Assembly: GCA_050729815.1 (NCBI GenBank)
Contig: JBOHLV010000102.1
Location: 12,772-76,771, forward strand
DNA from: Stellaceae bacterium
Lineage (GTDB): Bacteria; Pseudomonadota; Alphaproteobacteria; ATCC43930; CGMCC-115725
Direction: 5' to 3'
DNA: 64,000 nt
In this document: one piece after another, positions 30,223 to 39,151 of the stretch
Position numbering within the stretch: the first letter of the stretch is position 1
Layout of the letters: each line of letters begins with the position of its first letter
The notes under the pieces: model-generated
Databases searched by the model: none
Told to the model about the DNA's origin: nothing
Seen by the model: the letters and a program-made list of their open reading frames with translations, nothing else
Position numbers and translations under genes: made by a program

Positions 30223-30250
30223 TTGTGCCGATCCGGTCTTGCCGGCACAA
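30223..30250. promoter_or_regulatory. inverted repeat TTGTGCCG-12 nt-CGGCACAA in the divergent intergenic region (candidate operator or 5' UTR hairpin)
   Basis: Perfect 8-bp arms seen directly. It lies next to an AT-rich patch (30187-30222) between the ACMR-like operon and ridA. No functional evidence. Confidence 0.25.
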
Positions 30251-30285
30251 CAGACGCCGAAGGCGATCGAAAGAGAGAGACGAAT

Positions 30286-30678
30286 TTGCGGATCGTGAAA
30301 CCGGAGGGTTGGCCGACCCCCAAAGGGTATGCCCATGCGATCGAGGGCCGCGGTCGCCTGGTCTTCGTGTCGGGACAGGTGGGCTGGACGCCCGACGAAC
30401 GCTGGGAGACCGATGATTTCGTCGGACAATTGCGCCAGACCCTAAAGAACACGGTCGCGATTCTCGCCGCGGCGGGGGCTGAGCCGCGCCACATCGTGCG
30501 GATGACCTGGTATGTCGTGGACAAGCGGGAATATCTCTCCTGCCGAAGCGGGGTCGGCGCCTGCTGGCGAGAGATCATCGGTCCACATTTTCCCGCGCTC
30601 GCACTGGTCGAGGTGGCGGGACTGGTGGAAGATCGCGCCCGTCTCGAAATCGAAACCACGGCGCTGGTTTCGGACTGA
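30286..30678 (+). CDS. RidA/YjgF-family protein
   Basis: GYAHAIEGRGRLVFVSGQVG and the ARLEIETTA C-terminus are typical of RidA. The probable start is TTG 30286, preceded by AAGAGAGAGA. The ORF-track start at 30223 adds an atypical extension. Confidence 0.7.
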   Translation: MRIVKPEGWPTPKGYAHAIEGRGRLVFVSGQVGWTPDERWETDDFVGQLRQTLKNTVAILAAAGAEPRHIVRMTWYVVDKREYLSCRSGVGACWREIIGPHFPALALVEVAGLVEDRARLEIETTALVSD

Positions 30679-30695
30679 ACGCGGCGATGCCGGCG

Positions 30696-31532
30696 TCACA
30701 AATGATGCCGCGCCCCGAAGTCGGTGGCCCTGAAATTCGCCAGGTTGTCGCGAAGCGTGTCCTTGATCCGGTCTCCGCCCTCCCGCATTTCCTGCCATTC
30801 CGCGGTATTGATCCACGCGACCACTTCCTTTTCGAAGGACGGCCGCGCCTTGATGCGCGCAAACCATGCGGTGCTGAGCGGCCGCTCAGCCAGCCAGATG
30901 TCGATGACATTGACGTATTCGAGGCGCGACAGATAGGGCGCGAGGTTGACCTCCGCGAGCGTCAACTGGTCGCCGAGGAGCCATGGGCGCCCATCCGCGA
31001 GGATATGTTCGGTCTTCTGGAGCAGCTTCTCGATCGCTGCGACGCCACGGTAGATATGAGGCGCCTTGGCGCCATGGGCATGGATCGCGGTATAGCGGTC
31101 GCGTCGCTCGAGATCGATCACCTTGGCCAAATGTGCCGCCAATTCCTCCGCTGACATCCGGCGAAGCCGGTCCATGAACATTGCGGCGAAGCTGATGACG
31201 CCGATGGCCTGGTGCACGCCTTCGTCGCACGCCTTCGAATAGAGCCGCATCCCGGCCCGCCCGAACGGGTCGGCCGGCTTCATGGACGGGCCGTCGAAAC
31301 GATCGTCGATATACTCGGCGATCAAAGTCGACTCGACGATGACCTTGCCGTCATCGACCAGCGTCGGCACCACCGCCTTGGGATTGAGCCGCAGATATTC
31401 CAGGTTGAACTGGTCGCCCCTGAACAGATCGACCTCATGGCTTTCCCAGCCCGTCACCCCCTTTTCATGAAGGGCAAGCCGGGCCTTCTGCGAACAGACC
31501 GAATTGCCAAAATGATAGAGCGCAACGGACAT
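30696..31532 (-). CDS. glutathione S-transferase-family protein
   Basis: N-terminal thioredoxin-like region LYHFGNSVCSQKARLALHEKGV...VVPTLVDDGKVIVESTLIAEYI. Start set at ATG 31532. Confidence 0.8.
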   Translation of the reverse strand: MSVALYHFGNSVCSQKARLALHEKGVTGWESHEVDLFRGDQFNLEYLRLNPKAVVPTLVDDGKVIVESTLIAEYIDDRFDGPSMKPADPFGRAGMRLYSKACDEGVHQAIGVISFAAMFMDRLRRMSAEELAAHLAKVIDLERRDRYTAIHAHGAKAPHIYRGVAAIEKLLQKTEHILADGRPWLLGDQLTLAEVNLAPYLSRLEYVNVIDIWLAERPLSTAWFARIKARPSFEKEVVAWINTAEWQEMREGGDRIKDTLRDNLANFRATDFGARHHL

Positions 31533-31761
31533 GGCTTTCTCCCCACAGTCGGCGAAGCGGAGATGGCGGCTTCGAGACCGCCCAGATTCCACACTTTCGA
31601 TTGCGGATCAATCGGCGTCAACGGCGCCGATGCGCATCATCGTGACCCAATTCAGGCGCCCTGATCGGAAACGGTGCAAAACGTCAAACGGGGGCGACAG
31701 ATGGAACAAGCCCGGGATTTTCGCCGCCATGGGCGAACCCAAGCTCTACCGCATAAATGCG

Positions 31762-33060
31762 CTAAGCGGCGGTTGGACGCCGATCTGGCGCGCCACCAAA
31801 GTGACGGCCGGGCTTGCCGGGCTTGCCGCGTTTATGCCGCAATGCAGTAGGCGCCTTGGCCGGCAACGGCGCCGGCTCTTCCCCGAAGGTTGGCAACTTC
31901 TGTCTGGTCAATTTTTCGATATCGCGCAGAAGTGTCCGTTCGCCCCCATCACAAAACGAAATGGCGATGCCGGCCGCGCCGGCCCGGGCGGTGCGGCCGA
32001 TGCGATGGATATAACTCTCCGGCTCGTTCGGCAATTCGAAATTGAAGACATGGGTGATGCCGTCGACGTCGATGCCGCGCGCCGCAATGTCGGTCGCGAC
32101 CAGCACGCGGGTGCGGCCATCGCGGAAATCGCCCAGTGCGCGCTGCCGCGCATTCTGCGACTTGTTGCCATGGATCGCGCCGACGCTAAGCCCCGCGCGC
32201 TCCAAATGCTGGGCAACGCGATCGGCCGTGTGCTTGGTGCGGGTGAAGACCAGTGCACGCCGGATCGTCGCGTCTTGCAGCATCCGGGTCAACGTCGCGC
32301 GCTTCTCGCTCGCGGGGACGAAATGGACCCGCTGGTCGATGCGCAGGGCCGTGCTCGTGGCGGGCGTTACCTCGACGCGTACCGGATCGCGCAACAGGCC
32401 TTGCGCAAAATGCGCGATCGCATCGGGCATGGTGGCGGAAAAGAGTAGCGACTGGCGCTCCTTCGGCAGGCGGGCGACGACCTTCCGGATCGGTTGGATG
32501 AAACCGAGATCAAGCATCCGATCGGCCTCGTCGAGCACCAGCACGGTGACGCGGTCGAGCCGGACATGGCCTTGCTCCATCAGGTCAAGCAACCGACCCG
32601 GCGTCGCCACCACGATATCGAGGCCGCGGGCCAGCGCGTCCGTCTGACGCTTTTGGGTGACACCGCCGAAGATGACGGTGGAGCGAAGATGGAAATGACG
32701 GCCATAGGTTTGAAAGGAATCACCGATCTGGATCGCCAGCTCGCGCGTCGGCGTCAAGATCAGCGCCCGCATGCTGTTGCGCGGCCGCTCGACCTGGCGG
32801 GTGGCGAGATGTTGCAGGATCGGCAGCGCGAAGGCCGCGGTCTTGCCGGTGCCGGTCTGGGCGATGCCGAGGAGATCGCGGCCGGCGAGAAGATGCGGAA
32901 TCGCCTGCGCCTGGATCGGCGTGGGCTCGATATAATTCTCGGCCTTGAGCGCGAGCAGAAGCGGCTCGGCAAGGCCGAGGTCGGAAAAATGAACGGTCAC
33001 TGGATTGATGAACTTTCGCTTACGGCGGGTCGGTTGCGGGGCCGCGTCGCGGCGCCGCAC
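31762..33060 (-). CDS. rhlE: DEAD-box ATP-dependent RNA helicase (RhlE-like)
   Basis: Q-motif TPIQ, motif I AQTGTGKTAAF, motif II DEAD (LDEADRMLD), SAT, HRIGRTARAG and a basic C-terminal tail. The start is uncertain (GTG 33060 or GTG 33000). Confidence 0.9.
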   Translation of the reverse strand: MRRRDAAPQPTRRKRKFINPVTVHFSDLGLAEPLLLALKAENYIEPTPIQAQAIPHLLAGRDLLGIAQTGTGKTAAFALPILQHLATRQVERPRNSMRALILTPTRELAIQIGDSFQTYGRHFHLRSTVIFGGVTQKRQTDALARGLDIVVATPGRLLDLMEQGHVRLDRVTVLVLDEADRMLDLGFIQPIRKVVARLPKERQSLLFSATMPDAIAHFAQGLLRDPVRVEVTPATSTALRIDQRVHFVPASEKRATLTRMLQDATIRRALVFTRTKHTADRVAQHLERAGLSVGAIHGNKSQNARQRALGDFRDGRTRVLVATDIAARGIDVDGITHVFNFELPNEPESYIHRIGRTARAGAAGIAISFCDGGERTLLRDIEKLTRQKLPTFGEEPAPLPAKAPTALRHKRGKPGKPGRHFGGAPDRRPTAA

Positions 33061-33461
33061 TGCCAGCCAGTTATTGCGGCCTGCCCCGCGCGCATCGAGG
33101 TGCCATTGTTATCGGGTGAAAATTCTCGAAATGCTGTCGCGCCAAAACAGGTTAAGGCGCACACACCGCGCGATCGCGAGAAAGATAAGCGCACCGGATA
33201 TGCGATGTTGCATCGCGAAAGTCAAGCATAAGGCGAGAGCGTAACAAAATTTCGGCGTGACCGGCTTGTAATTTCGCCCTCGAAGCGCCTTATAGAGGCG
33301 ACGCCCTCGCTACTGCGGTTGCTCTGGCGCGAATCGCTCGCCCTCGTTTAAGCGCATGGGCCATCGGCTCGGCCCGTCTCCAACGATCATCTGTTTCCAT
33401 GCCGCTCGGTGGGTGGCGGCAAACCAAGGCTAGATGCCTCATTCACGCCAGGAGGCCAACG

Positions 33462-33644
33462 ATGTTCAAGCCGAACTACAATCAGCAACGGGCCGAGCGT
33501 CGCCGCGCCCAAGCCGCACGGCGCGACCAGAAGCTGAAGGACCAACAGGAAGCGACCGCCCGGCGCCGCGCGGCCCAAGCGGACGGCGACAAAGCGGAAA
33601 CTGACGAACGCGCGCCGGCCGACGACAAGGGCGAGTCGCGATAA
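33462..33644 (+). CDS. small basic hypothetical protein (60 aa)
   Basis: ATG 33462 is preceded by AGGAGG at the correct spacing. The product MFKPNYNQQRAERRRAQAARRDQKLK... is highly charged. No recognised domain. Confidence 0.5.
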   Translation: MFKPNYNQQRAERRRAQAARRDQKLKDQQEATARRRAAQADGDKAETDERAPADDKGESR

Positions 33645-33654
33645 AGAGGTTCAT

Positions 33655-33876
33655 ATGGCGATCAGGAAAAGAGTGGAGGCAAGCTTCGTCACCTTCGACA
33701 TTGTTTATGAAGACGGTTCGCGCAGCTCCAACCGCCGCGTGCCGGCCTCGGCGCTCAGCGGCTTCGATGGCGACGTGCCGGCCAAAGCCATTATCGAGGC
33801 CCAGGATCGCGAGATTGCGAATGCCTCGGGCCGTCCGCGGCCGGCGATCAAATCGGTCGCGCGTTCCGCACGGTGA
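33655..33876 (+). CDS. small hypothetical protein (73 aa)
   Basis: AAGAGG RBS. The composition is non-biased (FVTFDIVYEDGSRSSNRRVP...AIIEAQDREIANASGRPRPAIKS). It lies 10 nt after the previous stop. Confidence 0.55.
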   Translation: MAIRKRVEASFVTFDIVYEDGSRSSNRRVPASALSGFDGDVPAKAIIEAQDREIANASGRPRPAIKSVARSAR

Positions 33877-33910
33877 GGCGCGCCGACACAGCAGCTGAAA
33901 GAGACATGCC

Positions 33911-34186
33911 ATGATCGAGTCGAAGCGTACCAAGATCGAGAGTGCGAAGCGCACCGCGAGCGAAAAGTTTGCGCGAAATCTTGAACGCGACGCAGATTTT
34001 TGGCGCGAGAAGGAAAAACGCGACCAGGCGGTTGTCGCCAAGACGGCGCGCCTTAGGGCGCTGCGCCTCGCCAAGGAGGCCGAGGATCGGGACACCCGCG
34101 CCAAGGAAGACGCTGCGCGACACACCGCCGTGACTGCGCGCGCGACCGGTCGCAAATCCCGAAAGGGCGGCGCTAGCGTCGCCTAG
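33911..34186 (+). CDS. small charged hypothetical protein (91 aa)
   Basis: Lys/Arg/Glu-rich and predicted helical (KTARLRALRLAKEAEDRD). Same strand and spacing as the two preceding small ORFs. Confidence 0.5.
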   Translation: MIESKRTKIESAKRTASEKFARNLERDADFWREKEKRDQAVVAKTARLRALRLAKEAEDRDTRAKEDAARHTAVTARATGRKSRKGGASVA

Positions 34187-34241
34187 ACGGGAGCGGGAAG
34201 GGCGGCCATTTCGCGGCCATGGGCATATCCCCTCGATCCCC

Positions 34242-35793
<1,552 letters not shown>

Positions 35794-36064
35794 GGCGAGC
35801 TCCCTTCGAGGCGCGGCGCAGGGCCGCCAAGATATTCGCGGCGGTGAACGGCATCTCGGCATTGTAGACGCCCATCGGCGGCGGCGCGTCAAGGACGGCG
35901 CTTTCGGGGGGCGGCGTGAATGCCGAAGGTCCGGGCATCCGTTAACAGATTGCCGATCGCCTCGTCGCCGGCCTGGTTGATCATGTGCCGGGCGAACGTT
36001 CGATCCAAAAGCAGGGGTGGTTTTGCAGCGATAATGCGAGGTTTGTCTCCGGCACCGCCTAGGC

Positions 36065-36092
36065 TTGATCGGGGCCGGAAATGTCCCATATT
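36065..36092 (+). promoter_or_regulatory. candidate sigma70-type promoter (TTGATC-16 nt-CATATT) for hsp20
   Basis: Its position would give a ~95-nt leader, the usual size for ROSE-type leaders. By eye only. Confidence 0.3.
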
Positions 36093-36098
36093 CCTCCT

Positions 36099-36192
36099 GC
36101 GGCGGTGGCATTCAATGTCCGCCGTCGCCGGATCGAGCGGGTGCCTTGAGGGGCCCGCATCCTGGGCTCGCTCATGACGAGGAGGTCCGCCC
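36099..36192 (+). promoter_or_regulatory. ROSE-like RNA thermometer in the hsp20 5' UTR
   Basis: The terminal hairpin is CUCGCUC (36167-36173) / loop AUGAC / GAGGAG (36179-36184). The UCGCU element matches the U(U/C)GCU ROSE consensus. It pairs with the Shine-Dalgarno sequence and leaves a single bulged G (36170). The GTG start is at 36193. Confidence 0.55.
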
Positions 36193-36678
36193 GTGTCGCG
36201 CATGTCGTTATTCAATTCTCCGTTGCTTCTGGGGTTCGACCAGTTCGAGCGCGCCCTCGACCGGGTCAGCAAAGCTGCGGCCGACGGCTATCCGCCCTAC
36301 AATGTCGAACAGACCGGCGAGAATGCCCTGTGCATTACTCTGGCAGTGGCGGGGTTCGCGGCCACCGATCTCAGCGTTCAGGTAGAGGACAGCCAGCTCG
36401 TCGTGCGCGGCAAGCAGGCCGAGGAACGCGAACGCGTCTATCTCCATCGCGGCATCGCCGCGCGCCAGTTCCAGCGCTCGTTTGTGCTGGCCGATGGCAT
36501 TGAAGTGACTGGCGCGTCGCTCGATAACGGCTTGCTCAATATCGAGCTCGTGCGCCACGTGCCTGAGGGCCAAGTCCAGACCATCACTATCAACGCCGCC
36601 CGTTCCCAGCGCCAAGCTGTCGATACCGGCGCCCTCCAACCGGGGGTGGTGAATGGAAAGTTGCGCGGAGCGCCGTAA
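36193..36678 (+). CDS. Hsp20/alpha-crystallin-family small heat-shock protein
   Basis: 161 aa. YPPYNVEQTGENALCITLAVAGFAATDLSVQVEDSQLVVRGK and GLLNIELV are classic IbpA/HspA-type motifs. Confidence 0.9.
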   Translation: MSRMSLFNSPLLLGFDQFERALDRVSKAAADGYPPYNVEQTGENALCITLAVAGFAATDLSVQVEDSQLVVRGKQAEERERVYLHRGIAARQFQRSFVLADGIEVTGASLDNGLLNIELVRHVPEGQVQTITINAARSQRQAVDTGALQPGVVNGKLRGAP

Positions 36679-36703
36679 TCGGCACGCTCCGAGAGAGGAT
36701 CAG

Positions 36704-36922
36704 ACGATGACCGCAACCGAAAGATGGAAACAAATCCCGACGCAGGAATTCGTCGCGCTGGGGATGCAGAACCTCGCCTATATCAAGCAGGTGACCGTGG
36801 ATGAGCGTGCCGCCTTCGCGATTCATGCTGCCGACGGGACGCTGATGGCGGTGATGGACAGCCGCGACCTCGCCGAGGCCGCGATGCGTCAGCACGAACT
36901 TGAGCCGCTCAGCGTGCACTGA
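36704..36922 (+). CDS. DUF1150-family protein
   Basis: 72 aa (LAYIKQVTVDERAAFAIHAADGTLMAVMDSRDLA). This is the typical small partner gene downstream of hsp20 in alphaproteobacteria. GAGAGGA RBS upstream. Confidence 0.7.
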   Translation, partial: TMTATERWKQIPTQEFVALGMQNLAYIKQVTVDERAAFAIHAADGTLMAVMDSRDLAEAAMRQHELEPLSVH

Positions 36923-37000
36923 CGCAGCCCTTACATCATATAGCTTCGGTTCCTGGAACGTCTTAGGGGCGAATCGGCGAATCACCCCAGATTTTGTGTG

Positions 37001-37468
37001 TCATGCGGCGTGGCTCGCGGCCCGATCGGTGAGCAAGGCGTAAAGCGCCTCGGCGCGGTCGGTGCCGCGCAGCTTATCGCAGGTGGCGCGATCGCGCAGG
37101 AGGCGCGACACCCGGGCCAGCGCCTTCAGATGGTCGGCGCCGGCATTTTCCGGTGCCAGCAACAGGAAGATCAGATCCACTGGGCGATCGTCGATGGCAT
37201 CGAAGTCGATCGGCCGGTCGAGCCGTGCGAACAGGCCGTAGAGCCGGTCGAGCCGGGGCAGCTTGCCATGCGGCACCGCGGTACCCATGCCGATGCCGGT
37301 GCTGCCGAGCCGCTCGCGTTCGGACAGGGCTTCGAGAATTTCGCGCTCATCACGTTTCGCCATCAGGGTGAGCCGTCGCGCCATTTCCTGCAATGCCTGG
37401 CGTTTCGAGGTCACGCGCAGATTGGCGATCACGCTCGCGGGCGTGATGAGATCTTCGATCTCCATCAT
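37001..37468 (-). CDS. ptsN: PTS IIA-like nitrogen regulatory protein
   Basis: 155 aa with phosphorylatable-His region GIGMGTAVPHGKL. It lies downstream of rpoN. Confidence 0.85.
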   Translation of the reverse strand: MMEIEDLITPASVIANLRVTSKRQALQEMARRLTLMAKRDEREILEALSERERLGSTGIGMGTAVPHGKLPRLDRLYGLFARLDRPIDFDAIDDRPVDLIFLLLAPENAGADHLKALARVSRLLRDRATCDKLRGTDRAEALYALLTDRAASHAA

Positions 37469-37614
37469 ATCTCAGGTATCGGTGGTTTGAATCCCGGCTT
37501 CGGCCGTCTCGCGGAACCATATAGCTCCGTCATTTCCCAGTGCTATCCTGGGCGCGCATCTCGCGGCCTGTCAAGTAAAGCCAGCCATTCCAATTGGGGC
37601 ATTTCCGGGGCGCG

Positions 37615-39060
37615 CTAAACGAAGGCTGAACGGTCGCGGCGGCGCTGCACCGAGGACGGGATGCCCATCGCCTCGCGATATTTCGCCACCGTGCGCCGCG
37701 CGACTGCAATGCCCTCCGCATGCAACAGTTCAACGAGGCGGTCGTCGGAGAGCACCGACTCGCGCTCGGCGTCGACGAGGTGCTTGATGCGAAAGCGCAC
37801 GGCCTCCGCCGACAGGGAATCGCCACCATTCACGGCCGCGATCGAGGCGGTGAAGAAGTATTTGAGCTCGAAGATGCCGCGCGGGCTTGCAATGTACTTA
37901 TTCGAGGTGACGCGGCTCACGGTGCTTTCATGCATGCCGATCTCGGTGGCGATGTCGAGCAGCACGAGCGGCCTCAAATGCTGCACGCCGTGGCGGAAGA
38001 ATCCATCCTGCTGGCGTACGATCTCGCGCGATACTTTGAGAATGGTGGTGGCGCGCTGGTGCAGCGCCCTAACCAGCCAGTTCGCCTGTTGCAGCCGGCT
38101 GGCGAGGTAGTCGCGGTCCACCTTGCCGCGGCCTGCGGCGCTGAATTCCTCATAGTAGCGATAGTTGACGAGCAGCCGCGGCAGCGTTTCGCTATTGAGC
38201 TCGACGGCCCAGTTCCCACCGGGCAACGCCCGCAGCAAAACGTCCGGGACCAAAGGGCTCGCAATCATGGTGTCGAAGGCGAGGCCCGGTTTCGGGTCGA
38301 GCGCCCTGATTTCCGCCACCATCTCGGCGAGATCGTCGGCATCGACGCCGCACAGCCGCATCAACCCGGCGGCATCGCGGCGCGCCAACATCGGCAGATG
38401 ATCGAGGAAGCACTGCATCGCCGGATCGAGGCGGTTGCGGTCGCGCAGTTGCAGTGCGAGGCATTCGCCTAGATTGCGCGCGCAAATGCCGGGCGGATCG
38501 AACTGCTGGAGCCGGGCCAGCACCGCCTCGACCGCGCCGATGGAACAGCTGAGCCGCGCGGCCAACTCGCCGAGCTCGCCCACGATGTAACCGGCATCAT
38601 CGACCATTTCGACAAGCTCGGTGCCGATGACGCGCTCCACCGGATCGGCAATGTCGAGCGCGAGCTGCTCCAGGAGATGCTCGCGCAGAGTCGTCGGACG
38701 GGAGAGGCTGTGCTCAAGCCCGGGCAGCCCTTCGCTTGCGGCGGGCGACAGCCGCGTCGATTGCCAGGCCGCCGGATCTCCGCCGAAATCAAGCCGGCCA
38801 TCCCCGTCGGCACCGACGCTGGCGATCGCGTCGGTCAGGGCCGCGGCTTCGGCTGGCTCGGGCTGTGGCACGTCGCTGTCACCGGCCGCGCTCTCGCCAT
38901 TGTCATCACGTTCCAAGAGGGGGTTGGTCTCAAGCTCGCTTTCGACGAATTGCGACAATTCGAGGTGCGAGAACTGCAGCAGCTTGATTGCCTGCTGCAG
39001 TTGCGGGGTCATCACCAGCGCCTGCGTTTGCCGCAGGTCGAGCCTCGGGGCCAGTGCCAT
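37615..39060 (-). CDS. rpoN: RNA polymerase sigma-54 factor
   Basis: N-terminus LRQTQALVMTPQLQQAIKLLQ and C-terminal RpoN box ARRTVAKYREAMGI. Confidence 0.95.
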   Translation of the reverse strand: MALAPRLDLRQTQALVMTPQLQQAIKLLQFSHLELSQFVESELETNPLLERDDNGESAAGDSDVPQPEPAEAAALTDAIASVGADGDGRLDFGGDPAAWQSTRLSPAASEGLPGLEHSLSRPTTLREHLLEQLALDIADPVERVIGTELVEMVDDAGYIVGELGELAARLSCSIGAVEAVLARLQQFDPPGICARNLGECLALQLRDRNRLDPAMQCFLDHLPMLARRDAAGLMRLCGVDADDLAEMVAEIRALDPKPGLAFDTMIASPLVPDVLLRALPGGNWAVELNSETLPRLLVNYRYYEEFSAAGRGKVDRDYLASRLQQANWLVRALHQRATTILKVSREIVRQQDGFFRHGVQHLRPLVLLDIATEIGMHESTVSRVTSNKYIASPRGIFELKYFFTASIAAVNGGDSLSAEAVRFRIKHLVDAERESVLSDDRLVELLHAEGIAVARRTVAKYREAMGIPSSVQRRRDRSAFV

Positions 39061-39151
39061 GGCGTTCCGTTATAGCGGCGCGCACGCCCTTCGCAAGGCG
39101 ATTAATGCAAATTCGGGGCCAAGTCAGAGGTGAATCGTCGCAAACGTCGCG

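Noticed and set aside
37530-37829. 99-aa ORF spanning the rpoN-ptsN spacer, considered as a possible hpf.
   Set aside because: It overlaps the 3' end of rpoN in another frame. It is Ala/Arg/Ser/Cys-rich and shows none of the conserved basic/aromatic pattern of hibernation-promoting factors.
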